The position numbers and the translations under genes are program-made. 64,000 nt of DNA from positions 184,034 to 248,033 of the forward strand of contig WGNX01000009.1 in assembly GCA_016124335.1 (NCBI GenBank), written 5' to 3'. Positions 10,840-20,698 of this stretch are shown here, in pieces. Numbering within the stretch: position 1 is the stretch's first letter; every line of letters starts with the position of its first letter. The notes beneath the pieces are model-generated. The model made no database searches. It was not told the DNA's origin and was given only the letters and a program-made list of their open reading frames with translations. Source of the DNA: Alphaproteobacteria bacterium (GTDB lineage Bacteria; Pseudomonadota; Alphaproteobacteria; CACIAM-22H2).

Positions 10840-12453
10840 TCACATCTGCTCCATGTATTCGGCCGGATCGACGACCGCGTCGATGACCGTGAATTTCCGC
10901 GCCGAGACCGCCTCGGCGAACGCCTTCTCGAAGGCCGCGAGCGTCTCCACGCGCACGCCGGCCGCCCCGCACGCCTCGCCCAGACGATCGAACCGCGGGC
11001 CTTTGAAATCGACCGCGCGCGGGGCCATCTGCATTTTGGCCTGTTTGAGCTTGATTAGCGAGAGCGCCTGGTCGTTCAGCACGACCACGACGATCGGCAA
11101 GCCAAGCTCGGCCGCCAGCGGCAGTTCGCCCGCCGTCATCAGCATGCAGCCATCACCCACCAGCGCCACGACGGGGGCTTCGGGGCAGGCAAGCTGCGCG
11201 CCGATCGCGGCAGGCACGGCATAGCCCATGCAGCACAAGCCGTTGGACTGGAGAAGCTGGCCGGGCGTGCGGCACTTGATCGCGTGGTTGGCAAGGATGC
11301 GGTGCGCGCCCACATCGACCGTGAGCTTCCAGTCCGGCGCGATTTTGTCGGAGACCGCCTTGAAGAGTCCGGCCGGCGAAATGCCCTTCTTCGGCGCGCG
11401 CGGGCGTACGATATGCGCGACGGACGTGCGGCAGGCATCGAGTTCGGCCGCCGGCCAGGCACCGGCGCCCTTCTCGCCCGAGGACGCGAGCTGGGAAAGC
11501 ATCGCGCCGAGATCGCCGTAGCATTCGCGGCCCAGCGGGAAGATGCGGTGGTTGAGCGGACCCCAGTCGAGCGTGACGACGGCGCGGTCCTGCGGCCACG
11601 CGTCAACCCAGGCATCGCGCAGTTCGATCGGGTCGAAGCCGACACACACGATCAAGTCGGCGGCGCGCACGATCTTCATGTTCTCGGCATCGACGATCGG
11701 CGACAGGCCGACCGCGCCCAGGCAAAGCGCGTGCGTCTCGTCGACCGTGCCCTTGGCCTTGTAGGTGGCGAAAAACGGAATGCCCCAGGATTCGAGGAAA
11801 TTGCGCAGCGCCGCCGGAACGCCGTCATGCACCGCGCCGCGCCCGATCAGCGCCAGCGGCCGCCGGGCGCGCGAAATCGCCAGCCGGACATCGACCGCCG
11901 CTTCGGGCGCAAGGGCCGCGCGCTCGACCGCAACGGGATGCGCGTCAAAACTCTCCTTCGAGTCCGCGCGGCCCAGATCGGCCGGCACGTTTAGCATCAC
12001 GGGCCCCGCCGGATAGCTCATCGCGATATCGAGCGCGCGCGCCAGATGCTGGGCGGGGCGCGCGGCGTTGAGCGTGGCGGCGTACTTCGTGACCGGCGTC
12101 GCCAGCGCCACATGGTCGAAGACCTGATGGTTGTAGATATGCATGTTGGACGTCGCCATCTCGCCGGTCAGCACGGCGACAGGCGAACGTTCCATCAGCG
12201 CACCGGCGATGCCGGCCGTCGCATTTGCGATGCCGGGACCGAGCGCCGGGATCAGCACCTGCGGCTTGCCCGTGATCTGGCACACCGCATCGGCCATGAA
12301 GGCCGCGGCGGGTTCGGACTTCGCGAGGACGAAGCGGATGCCCGCTTCTTCGCACGCGCGCACGGTTTCCAGCACGTCATTGCCGGGAATTCCGAACGCG
12401 AAGGAGGCGCCCCAGTTCTTGAGGGTCGCGGCGAGCTTGTCGGTCACTTTCAA
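10840..12453 (-). CDS. Thiamine-diphosphate-dependent enzyme (acetolactate synthase-like fold)
   Basis: FGIPG, SEPAAAFMA, GPGIAN, GDG...VLND ThDP motif; TTG start (GTG at 12447 is an alternative). Confidence 0.9.
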   Translation of the reverse strand: MKVTDKLAATLKNWGASFAFGIPGNDVLETVRACEEAGIRFVLAKSEPAAAFMADAVCQITGKPQVLIPALGPGIANATAGIAGALMERSPVAVLTGEMATSNMHIYNHQVFDHVALATPVTKYAATLNAARPAQHLARALDIAMSYPAGPVMLNVPADLGRADSKESFDAHPVAVERAALAPEAAVDVRLAISRARRPLALIGRGAVHDGVPAALRNFLESWGIPFFATYKAKGTVDETHALCLGAVGLSPIVDAENMKIVRAADLIVCVGFDPIELRDAWVDAWPQDRAVVTLDWGPLNHRIFPLGRECYGDLGAMLSQLASSGEKGAGAWPAAELDACRTSVAHIVRPRAPKKGISPAGLFKAVSDKIAPDWKLTVDVGAHRILANHAIKCRTPGQLLQSNGLCCMGYAVPAAIGAQLACPEAPVVALVGDGCMLMTAGELPLAAELGLPIVVVVLNDQALSLIKLKQAKMQMAPRAVDFKGPRFDRLGEACGAAGVRVETLAAFEKAFAEAVSARKFTVIDAVVDPAEYMEQM

Positions 12454-12472
12454 GGGTTGGTCCTCGGCGTTG

Positions 12473-14194
12473 CTATTCGGCGGCGCTTTCGAGCAGGCTT
12501 TCGCCCGGCCGGACGCGCGTGAAGGCGACAGGCTCGGTCGTCACCGCCAGCCCGTCCGGCCCCTGGCGTACCAGCGTGTAGCGGGAAGTTGCAAGATCGC
12601 CCGTCGCGGGATTGTCGGCGCGGAAATGGGCGCCGCGGCTGTCGGTGCGCGCGACGGCGGCGGCCCGGATCGCCTTCGAGACGGCGACGAGGTTCTTGAG
12701 GTTGAGCCAGTCGTGCCAGGTGAGATTGAAGGCGCGCGTGGTCTCGGCCACGCCCGCCGCGTCCAGTTCGGCATCAAGCGCGTCAAGCGTATCGGCCGCG
12801 CGCGCAAGCCCCTCGGCATCGCGCACGATGCCCACGTCTTCCCACATCGCGTCGTGGAGGCGCTCGCGGATCGTCTCCAGATCGGCGGGCCTGCGCGCAA
12901 AAGGTGCCAGTGCACGTGCGCACCCGGCGCGGATCGCGTCCTCGTCGGGCACGCGCAGATAGCCTTCGGCCGCGACCCAGCGCGCCATGTTGCCGCCCGC
13001 GATCCCGCCGAAAACCGTCGAATTCGCGACACCGTTGCCGCCCAGCCGGTTGGCGCCGTGCACGCCGCCCGTATCCTCGCCGGCCGCGAACAGGCCCTTG
13101 ATGTCGGTCGAGCAGTCGCCGCCGAACGGTACGCCGCCCATCATGTAATGCGCGGTCGGCACGATCTCCACGCGCCCGCCGGCAAGGTCGAAGCCGCAAT
13201 CGGCGCAACGCTCGACCATGCCCTTGAAGGTCTTGCGCACCATGTCGGCGCCCAGATGGCTCATCTGCAGCCACGCACCACCCAGCTGCGTGCCGCGACC
13301 CTTGCGCACGATATCGAACACCGCGCGGCTCACCACGTCGCGCGTCGCGCGTTCGGCCTTCGCGTCGTATTCGGCCATGAAGCGGTTGCCGTCCTTGTCG
13401 AGGAGCCAGCCGCCCGCCCCGCGCAGGCCTTCTTCCAGCACCGTGCCGGTCATGCGCGTGTCGGGCCCCGCGAGCAGGCCCGTGGGATGGAACTGCACCA
13501 TCTCCATGTCGCGCAGCGCCAGACCCGCGCGCAGCGCCATCGCCATGCCGTCGCACGATTTGTCGCCCGACGGCGTGTGATAGCGGTACATCGTCGGCCC
13601 GCCGCCGGTGGCCAGCAGAACGGCCTTGGCGCGCACGAAGACGAATTCGCCGTCGCGCATGTCGATCATCAGCACGCCCGCGATCGCCGTACCGTCGCGC
13701 TCGCGGATCAGCTCGATCGCGCGATGCTCCTCCAGCCTTGCGATGCCGCGCGCCCAGACCTGCTCGGCAAGCCTGTTCACGATCTCGATGCCCGTGAGGT
13801 CGCCCTTGTGGACGGTGCGGTCGAACGTCTGCCCGGCAAACGCCTTCTGGTGGACCGTGCCGTCGGGATTGCGGTCGAAGAAGCAGCCCAGCTCGTTCTC
13901 GAGTTCGCGGATGCGCACCTGCGCCTCAGTGACCAGCGTCCAGGCGAGGTCCTGGTCGTTGAGCCACTTGCCGCCCTCGATCGTGTCCATGAAATGGCGT
14001 TCGGCGCTGTCGCCGGGTGCGAGCGCCACGTTGTAGCCGCCCTGCACCATGCGCGTGCAGCCGCACTTTCCAAGCAGGCCCTTGACCGCGATCGTCACGC
14101 GCAACGCCGGATTGGCCTTGTGCGCGTGCAATGCCGCGAACAGCCCGGCTCCGCCCGAGCCCAGGATCAGGATGTCGGTCTCGAGCCGTCTCAT
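12473..14194 (-). CDS. Succinate dehydrogenase / fumarate reductase-like flavoprotein subunit (paralogue)
   Basis: GSGGAG, ATGG, DMEMVQFHPT, TRDVVSR, AHYMMGG, HGANRLGGN, SRGAHFR. Start re-picked at MRRLETD. Confidence 0.92.
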   Translation of the reverse strand: MRRLETDILILGSGGAGLFAALHAHKANPALRVTIAVKGLLGKCGCTRMVQGGYNVALAPGDSAERHFMDTIEGGKWLNDQDLAWTLVTEAQVRIRELENELGCFFDRNPDGTVHQKAFAGQTFDRTVHKGDLTGIEIVNRLAEQVWARGIARLEEHRAIELIRERDGTAIAGVLMIDMRDGEFVFVRAKAVLLATGGGPTMYRYHTPSGDKSCDGMAMALRAGLALRDMEMVQFHPTGLLAGPDTRMTGTVLEEGLRGAGGWLLDKDGNRFMAEYDAKAERATRDVVSRAVFDIVRKGRGTQLGGAWLQMSHLGADMVRKTFKGMVERCADCGFDLAGGRVEIVPTAHYMMGGVPFGGDCSTDIKGLFAAGEDTGGVHGANRLGGNGVANSTVFGGIAGGNMARWVAAEGYLRVPDEDAIRAGCARALAPFARRPADLETIRERLHDAMWEDVGIVRDAEGLARAADTLDALDAELDAAGVAETTRAFNLTWHDWLNLKNLVAVSKAIRAAAVARTDSRGAHFRADNPATGDLATSRYTLVRQGPDGLAVTTEPVAFTRVRPGESLLESAAE

Positions 14195-14802
14195 GCCTTG
14201 ACGCCGAGGGCCGCGAGTGCCGCCGCACGTTTGCCCGCGGCAACCTCGCGCACGCGCTCGTAGATCGAGCCGCCGTGGCTGTCCATCGCGACCAGCAGCG
14301 GGCCGAAATCGCGCACCTGGAAATGCCAGAGGCTTTCGGGGTTGAGGTCGTCGAGATCTACGTCGAGGATCCGCTCGATCCACGTCGTCTCCAGCGCCGC
14401 AGTACCCCCGATGATGGCGAGATAAGCACCACCGAGTTCGCGGAACGCGTCGGCCGAAGCCTCGCGAAGCCCGCCCTTGCCAATCACGAAGCGCACGCCG
14501 TACTGCGCCATCAGCGGCCGGGTGAAGCGCTCCATGCGGTCGGACGTGGTGGTGCCCACGCACACTGGCTGGTAGCCGACCGGGCATTCGTTTGACGCGG
14601 GCACCTTGCGCACGTTTGGTGCGGTGTGGATGACCGCGTGCCCGCGCATGTCGAAGCGCGCCTTGCGGCCGCGGTCGAACATGTGGATCTGCGTGGCGTC
14701 GCGGATGCCGAACAGCGAGCCCGAGAACGTGACCGTATCGCCCGTGCGCAGCGCACGTGCCTGCGCCTCGCCGACCGGCATCTGGAGAACATGGTGGGCC
14801 AT
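14191..14802 (-). CDS. Fe-S hydro-lyase beta subunit (class I fumarase / tartrate dehydratase type)
   Basis: IRDA, GTTTSDRME, IGKGG, FGPLLVAMDSHG. Confidence 0.92.
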   Translation of the reverse strand: MAHHVLQMPVGEAQARALRTGDTVTFSGSLFGIRDATQIHMFDRGRKARFDMRGHAVIHTAPNVRKVPASNECPVGYQPVCVGTTTSDRMERFTRPLMAQYGVRFVIGKGGLREASADAFRELGGAYLAIIGGTAALETTWIERILDVDLDDLNPESLWHFQVRDFGPLLVAMDSHGGSIYERVREVAAGKRAAALAALGVKA

Positions 14803-14803
14803 C

Positions 14804-15691
14804 TCAGAATCCGATCTCGACGCCCGAGGGCGTGAATGTCGCCGAGGCGCGCCGCGCCGAATGGCACTGGATGTTGATCGCGACGGGATTCATCGTGATG
14901 TGCGTGGCCGCCGTCTCGACATGCACGGCAAACGCCGTACCGTCGCCGCCCAGCCCCTGCGGGCCGATGCCCAGCGCGTTGACCGCATTCGACAGCAGCT
15001 TTTCGAGTGCAGCCCCTTCGGGATCGGAACACACGCTGCCCAGTTCGCGCGTCGCGGCGACCTTGGCCAGGTGCATGCACAGGTCCGACGTGCCGCCGAT
15101 GCCCACACCCACGATCGTCGGCGGGCAGACCTTGCCGCCGGCTTCCATCACGCGGTCGATGACGAAGGTCTTGATGCCGTCGATCCCGTCGGCCGGGATC
15201 AGCATCTTCAGGAACGAGCCGTTTTCCGAGCCCGATCCCTTCGGGATCATCTCGATGCGCAGCGTGCGCGGCCGGTCGACGAAATCGATGTTGATGACCG
15301 GCACGCGGATGCCCGAGGACGTGTGCTCGTTCTTGCGCGTGAGCGGATGCACGACCGAGGACCGCAGCGGATATTCCCTCGTCGCGCGCGCGGTTCCGCG
15401 GCGGATCGCTTCCTTCAATTCGACGCCGTCGACCTCGACATCGCGGCCGATCTCGACATTGAAGATCGGGATGCCGGTATCCTGGCAGAGCAGGTTGTCG
15501 GTCTTTTCGGCAACCGCGATGTTCTCGATCATCGTGGCAAGGATCGTCTTGGCCGTGCCGTCGGTTTCGGCGCTGTCCAGGCGCCTGAAGCCGCGCTTGA
15601 TGTCGTCGGGCAGCAGCTTGAGCGCGCGGATATAGAGGAGCTTGGCCGCTTCCTCGACCGCCGGGATATCGATATGGAGTTTGCCGCTCAC
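14804..15691 (-). CDS. Fe-S hydro-lyase alpha subunit (class I fumarase / tartrate dehydratase type)
   Basis: LCQDTG, PKGSGSEN, CPPTIVGVGIGG, GIGPQGLGG, QCHSARR; GTG start overlapping the upstream stop. Confidence 0.92.
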   Translation of the reverse strand: MSGKLHIDIPAVEEAAKLLYIRALKLLPDDIKRGFRRLDSAETDGTAKTILATMIENIAVAEKTDNLLCQDTGIPIFNVEIGRDVEVDGVELKEAIRRGTARATREYPLRSSVVHPLTRKNEHTSSGIRVPVINIDFVDRPRTLRIEMIPKGSGSENGSFLKMLIPADGIDGIKTFVIDRVMEAGGKVCPPTIVGVGIGGTSDLCMHLAKVAATRELGSVCSDPEGAALEKLLSNAVNALGIGPQGLGGDGTAFAVHVETAATHITMNPVAINIQCHSARRASATFTPSGVEIGF

Positions 15692-16824
15692 GCCGCCTCC
15701 AAAGTGCGCTTCAGGAAATCGGGATCTGGATCGTAGCCGAGACCGGGCCGGTCGGGCAGCCGCAACCGGCCCTTCGACACGCGCGGGAAGTCGCCCAGCG
15801 CCTCGGTGCGCAGCGGATTGTCCTGTGCGTCGATCTCGAGCTTGCCCTCGCCGCCTGCCGCGGCAAGAAGATGCGCGCTCGCCGCAAGGCCGACCGCACC
15901 GCCCAGATAGTGCGGGCAGAACATCAGGCCCGCTTCGATCGTCTGCCTCGCGACGGCAAGGCAGCCGGTGAAGCCGCCCCATTTGGCAAGATCCGGCTGG
16001 ATCACGCCGAAGGCGTTGGACTCGATCGCATGGCGGAACTGGGCGGCCCCGCGCATGTTCTCGCCCGCCGCGATCTTCGAAGCCGAAAGCCCCGCGACCA
16101 GCTGCCATTCGGCTTCCGTCGCATCGGCGGCAAGCGGTTCCTCGATCCAGGCCGGGCGGAACTTCGCGAATTCGCGCACGCGCCGGCTCGCGGTCTCGAC
16201 GTCCCAGGCCTGATTGGCGTCGATCGCGATGAACGCATCGGGCCCAAGCTCCACGCGCAGCGCGCCAAGCGCCGCAAGATCGGATTCGTGCGCAAACCCG
16301 ACCTTGAGCTTGAAGGCTTCGTAGCCGGCGGCAACGCTGGCCTTCGCCTGCTTGAGTGCGACTGCCGTATCCGGCCCCATGCCCGAGGCATAGACCGCGA
16401 CCTCGCCCGAAGCGCCGCCCAGATGCTTCCACAGCGGCTGCTTCGCGCGCCGCGCGGAAAGGTCCCACAGCGCCTGATCGATTCCGGCCAGCACCTGCGC
16501 GAACGGGCCGGGCTCGCCGGCCTGGATCGCCATGATGCGCGTGCGCCGCCCGATCTCGGCATAGGCCTCGGCCGGGCCGTCGAAGGTGGCGCCTTCGAGC
16601 ATCGGCACGAACAGCTCGTCGAAATGCCGCTTGCGCGTCTCGCCGCCGCCGGGCGGAAAGTTGCACCAGATCTCGCCCCAGCCGCAGGCGCCGTCCTTGT
16701 CTTCGATGCGCACGAGCAGCATGGGGCGCGCGCGCATCGCGCCGAAGGACGAGAGCACCGGAACCTTCAGCCGGTGCAGATGGAGCGAGGCACTCGCGCG
16801 CGCGATCCGCAGGGGCCCGCTCAT
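15688..16824 (-). CDS. Mandelate racemase / muconate lactonising enzyme family (enolase superfamily) protein
   Basis: GWGE, FKLKVG, IDANQAW, WIEEP, AAGEN, QPDLAKWGG. Confidence 0.9.
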   Translation of the reverse strand: MSGPLRIARASASLHLHRLKVPVLSSFGAMRARPMLLVRIEDKDGACGWGEIWCNFPPGGGETRKRHFDELFVPMLEGATFDGPAEAYAEIGRRTRIMAIQAGEPGPFAQVLAGIDQALWDLSARRAKQPLWKHLGGASGEVAVYASGMGPDTAVALKQAKASVAAGYEAFKLKVGFAHESDLAALGALRVELGPDAFIAIDANQAWDVETASRRVREFAKFRPAWIEEPLAADATEAEWQLVAGLSASKIAAGENMRGAAQFRHAIESNAFGVIQPDLAKWGGFTGCLAVARQTIEAGLMFCPHYLGGAVGLAASAHLLAAAGGEGKLEIDAQDNPLRTEALGDFPRVSKGRLRLPDRPGLGYDPDPDFLKRTLEAA

Positions 16825-17705
16825 CGCTGCATGCCCCAGCGCCGCACGGTGCGCGCCTCGATCGCGCGGAAGATCACGCCTTCGACGAACAGGCCGATGA
16901 CGATGACGGTGAGAAGGCCGGCAAACACGTTGGCGGTTTCCAGCAGGTTGCGGTTTTCGAAGATGTACCAGCCAAGCCCGCCCGAGCGCGAGGAGACGCC
17001 GAACACGAGTTCGGCCGCGATCAGCGTGCGCCACGCGAACGCCCAGCCGATCTTGAGGCCCGCAAGGATCGAGGGGAACGCTGCCGGGATCAGGATCTTG
17101 CGCACATAGGCAACACCGCGCAGGCCGAAATTCTGCCCGGCCATGCGCAACGTCTCGGAAACCGACTTGAAGCCCGTGTGCGTGTTGAGCGCCACCGCCC
17201 ACAGGACCGAATGGATGATGACGAAGACGAGCGAGGGAATGCCGAGCCCGAACCACAGGAGCGCCAGCGGCAGCAGCGCGATCGCCGGCAGCGGGTTGAA
17301 CATCGCCGTCAGCGTCGAGAGCAGGTCGTTGCCGAAGCGCGTGGAGACGGCAAGCGTCGTGAACACGGCGGCGATCGCAAGCCCGGCCGAATAGCCAAGG
17401 ATCAGCACCTGCAGCGTCGTCGTCATCCGGCTCAGCAGCGGGCCTTTGACGAAATCATGCCAGAGCGCCTGCGCCACGTCCCAGAAGGGCGGGAACATCA
17501 GCGGATTGTCGAGCGTGCGGCCGTAGATCTCCCACGCCAGCGCCAGGAACGCGACGATGGCGGCACGTCGTACCCATGCCTGGTTCCACACGCGCTCGAA
17601 GGCGGACAGCGGCCGCTCGACTTCGCCGAACTGGGCGGCCGCGACATCGCGCAGCTCGAACTCGGCGCGGACCGGCGGTTCGATCTTGCCTGCGGTGTCA
17701 ATCAT
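16821..17705 (-). CDS. NitT/TauT/SsuC-type ABC transporter permease
   Basis: NPLPAIALLPL, GWAFAWRTLIAAEL, hydrophobic segments. Confidence 0.93.
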   Translation of the reverse strand: MIDTAGKIEPPVRAEFELRDVAAAQFGEVERPLSAFERVWNQAWVRRAAIVAFLALAWEIYGRTLDNPLMFPPFWDVAQALWHDFVKGPLLSRMTTTLQVLILGYSAGLAIAAVFTTLAVSTRFGNDLLSTLTAMFNPLPAIALLPLALLWFGLGIPSLVFVIIHSVLWAVALNTHTGFKSVSETLRMAGQNFGLRGVAYVRKILIPAAFPSILAGLKIGWAFAWRTLIAAELVFGVSSRSGGLGWYIFENRNLLETANVFAGLLTVIVIGLFVEGVIFRAIEARTVRRWGMQR

Positions 17706-18507
17706 GGGCGTCGGCGGCCTCGGCCTCGATGCGTTCGGCGAACAGCATGTCGTGGATGCGTCGCTGCAAGGTCTGGAATTCCACCCCGCCCTGCGCGGTG
17801 TGACCGAACTGGTGGCAGTTGAGCTCGGCCTTCACGCGGCCGGGATGCGGGGACAGCACGAGGATGCGGCTGCCCACCACGATCGCCTCCTCGATCGAGT
17901 GCGTGACGAACAGCACGGTGAAGCGCACGTCGTCCCACAGCTCGAGCAGTTCTTCCTGCATCTTTCGCCGCGTCAGCGCATCAAGCGCGGCATAAGGCTC
18001 GTCCATCAGCAGGATGTCGGGTTCCATCGCCATCGCGCGCGCGATGGCCACGCGCTGCTTCATGCCGCCCGACAGCATGTGCGGATAGACCTCGGCGAAT
18101 TTCGTCAGGTTGACCTTCTCGATGAAATGGCGGGCACGCTCGGCGGCTTCCGCGCCGCGCCACTTGCCCGCGCACTCCATCGGGAACATCACGTTCTGCA
18201 AAACGGTCTTCCAGGGCAGCAGCTGGTCGAATTCCTGGAAGACCATCATGCGGTCGGGGCCGGGCCGGTCGATGATCCGGCCATTGAGCGACATCGTGCC
18301 CTCGACCGGCGTCATGAACCCGCCCACGCCCTTGAGCAGCGTCGACTTCCCGCAGCCCGACGGCCCGAGCAGCACGAAGCGATCGCCGCGATGTACCTCG
18401 AAACTCACGCGGTACGTCGCGGTGACCAGATGCTCGGTCGTCTTGTACTGGAGCGTGACCCCGTCGACCTTCAGGATCGGCGGGGCGCTCCGGCTCGCGT
18501 CGGGCAT
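17698..18507 (-). CDS. NitT/TauT/SsuB-type ABC transporter ATP-binding protein
   Basis: GPSGCGKS, LSGGMKQR, LLMDEP, VTHSIEEA. Confidence 0.95.
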   Translation of the reverse strand: MPDASRSAPPILKVDGVTLQYKTTEHLVTATYRVSFEVHRGDRFVLLGPSGCGKSTLLKGVGGFMTPVEGTMSLNGRIIDRPGPDRMMVFQEFDQLLPWKTVLQNVMFPMECAGKWRGAEAAERARHFIEKVNLTKFAEVYPHMLSGGMKQRVAIARAMAMEPDILLMDEPYAALDALTRRKMQEELLELWDDVRFTVLFVTHSIEEAIVVGSRILVLSPHPGRVKAELNCHQFGHTAQGGVEFQTLQRRIHDMLFAERIEAEAADAHD

Positions 18508-18523
18508 TCTCAAGCCGCTCCCC

Positions 18524-19546
18524 TCACGAACCCTTCAGGGCGTGCATTTCGGGGAAGTACATCTCCTTCCAGTCCGCCGGAAGGACCTTGATCGTCCCGG
18601 TGCGGTGCATGAAATCGGCGTACTTCATCGTGTTGCGGGGCACGTTCGTGAATTCGTGCTGCGGATCGTTCAGCAGCGACATCACGAAGTCCTTCGACGG
18701 CGAGCCCTTTTCCACGCGCATGTAGATCTCGGCCGCCCGCGCCTTGTCCTTGGTGATGATCGCCTGCGCCTCGGCCAGCGCGTCGTAGAAGGCCTTGTAG
18801 ACCTTCGGATTCTGCGTGCGGACCTTCTCGGTCGTCCACATGAAGTTGAACGAGCACGAGCCGCCCAGCACGTCGTAGTTCGACAGCACGCGATGCACGC
18901 GGCTGTCGAGCAGCTCCTGGTTCTGGAACGGCGGCGAGGCGAAATGCGAGGTGACCTCGCTCTTGCCCGACATCATCGCGTTCATCGCGTCGGGGTGCGA
19001 CATCGAGACGGTGAGGCTGTCGAGCTTGTCGTGCTTGCCGACACCGAATTCCTTCTCGCACGCCATCTGCAGCGTGATCGCCTGGATCGAGACGCGAACC
19101 GCCGGCAGGCCGATGCGATCCTTGTCGGAGAAATCCGCCAGCTTCTTGACGTTGGCGTTGATCGTGTTGAGGTAGAGCGGCAGCGAATTGAGCGAGGCCA
19201 CGCCCTTGACGTTGAGGGAGCCCTTGGTCTTTGCCCACAGCACGATCATCGGCCCGACGCCGCCGCCGGCAAACTCGAGATTGCCGGAAATGAGCGCGTC
19301 GTTGATCGGCGCGCCGCCCGCGAATTGCAGCCAGCTCGTCTTCACGTTGGGCAGGCCCGCGGCCGCTGCATGCTTCTCGACGAGCTTGAGGTCTTCCATG
19401 ATCATCAGCGGCAGATAGGAAATGCCGAACTGCTTGGCGATGCGCACTTCGCCGATTTCGCTCTGCGCGCGCACGACGGCGGGGGCCGCGAGCACTGCGC
19501 CGGCGCCGATGACGAATTCGCGGCGTGTGGGTCGGATCGTGGTCAT
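18524..19546 (-). CDS. NitT/TauT-type ABC transporter substrate-binding protein (Tat signal)
   Basis: TRREFV twin-arginine leader ending VRAQ; QFGISYLP; adjacent to the ATPase and permease genes. Confidence 0.92.
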   Translation of the reverse strand: MTTIRPTRREFVIGAGAVLAAPAVVRAQSEIGEVRIAKQFGISYLPLMIMEDLKLVEKHAAAAGLPNVKTSWLQFAGGAPINDALISGNLEFAGGGVGPMIVLWAKTKGSLNVKGVASLNSLPLYLNTINANVKKLADFSDKDRIGLPAVRVSIQAITLQMACEKEFGVGKHDKLDSLTVSMSHPDAMNAMMSGKSEVTSHFASPPFQNQELLDSRVHRVLSNYDVLGGSCSFNFMWTTEKVRTQNPKVYKAFYDALAEAQAIITKDKARAAEIYMRVEKGSPSKDFVMSLLNDPQHEFTNVPRNTMKYADFMHRTGTIKVLPADWKEMYFPEMHALKGS

Positions 19547-19625
19547 GGGTCGTCTCTCCTCCTCTTTGCGAACTTTGTTTGCCGGGCGTTTTCGCCTCTG
19601 GCCATTTGGATTTTTTCTATCACGT

Positions 19626-20354
19626 TCAAACCACCAGAACGACTCCCGAGGCCAGCAGCAACGCCAGCACGATGCGGCGGAACTGCACGTCGTCCACGCG
19701 CGCGTAGAGTTTCAGCCCCAGCCATACGCCCAGCGCCACCGCCGGCAGGCACCACGCGAAATCGGCGATTGCCGTGGGGCCGATCCCGCCGTCGAGCCAG
19801 AGCCAGGCGAGTGCCGCTGCCTGCATGGCGAAGATGTAGGGTTGGTAGACCGCGCGCTGCTCGTTCTTCGTCCAGCCGCGAAGGCCGGTCCAGATCGTGG
19901 GCACCGCGCCCGACAGCCCGCCAAGCCCGCCCATGGCGCCGCCCACGAAACCGATCGCCGCATCGAGCGGCCGCCCGCCGGCGCTGATCGGCTGCGGCTG
20001 GCCGCGCAGCAGCATGAACAACGCATAGGCGACGAGGAACGCGCCGATCCCCTGCTTGAGCGGGCCGGGCGAAACGCCGTGCAGCAGCGCCACGCCGAGC
20101 GGAATGCCGACGAGCCCGCCGACGAGGAACGGCGCCAGCCGCTTCCAGTCGATGGCATCGCGGATCGCGAGGATCGAGAAGCACTGTGCGATCAGGCTTG
20201 CTGCGAGTACGAGCGGCGTCGCGTCGATGGGGGCGCGAAAATGCAGGAAGGTGCCGGAAGCCACGAGCGCGAAGGCAAAGCCCGCGAGGCCCGAGGCAAT
20301 GGCGGCCACGAACGCGCCGCCGACAAGCCACGCTTCGCTTGGGATCGCGCTCAT
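19626..20354 (-). CDS. TauE/SafE family sulfite exporter
   Basis: SGLAGFAFALV, GGLGGLSGAVPTIW, multiple TM helices; lies in the suyAB operon. Confidence 0.85.
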   Translation of the reverse strand: MSAIPSEAWLVGGAFVAAIASGLAGFAFALVASGTFLHFRAPIDATPLVLAASLIAQCFSILAIRDAIDWKRLAPFLVGGLVGIPLGVALLHGVSPGPLKQGIGAFLVAYALFMLLRGQPQPISAGGRPLDAAIGFVGGAMGGLGGLSGAVPTIWTGLRGWTKNEQRAVYQPYIFAMQAAALAWLWLDGGIGPTAIADFAWCLPAVALGVWLGLKLYARVDDVQFRRIVLALLLASGVVLVV

Positions 20355-20698
20355 GCGACCCCCACGTTGAAAAGGAACAAAAGGCCCGCGGCGAGCGCGA
20401 AGCCGGCGCTGACGGCGACGGCCGCCTTCTGGCGTGGGCTCCAGGGCAGGAATTCGATGGCAAGCACGCGCAGGCCGCCCGCGAGATGTGCCGCGAGAAG
20501 CACGACAAGGCCGGTTTCGGCGAATTTCGCGAGCGGATTTTCGGTCCAGCGCAGGAAGCCATCGAGTGCCGCCTCGCCGCCGATCGCCTGCCCGAGCGCC
20601 CAGAAATGCAGCGGCAGGAACAGCGCCAGCGCCAGGCCCGAGAGCCGGTGCACGGCGAATGCCCACCAGGCCGGATGATTGCGGTGCGGCCGGTTCAT
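20351..20698 (-). CDS. SDH/FRD membrane anchor subunit (SdhC-like, cytochrome b type)
   Basis: HRLSGLALALFLPLH, AHLAGGLRVL; three TM segments. Confidence 0.85.
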   Translation of the reverse strand: MNRPHRNHPAWWAFAVHRLSGLALALFLPLHFWALGQAIGGEAALDGFLRWTENPLAKFAETGLVVLLAAHLAGGLRVLAIEFLPWSPRQKAAVAVSAGFALAAGLLFLFNVGVA

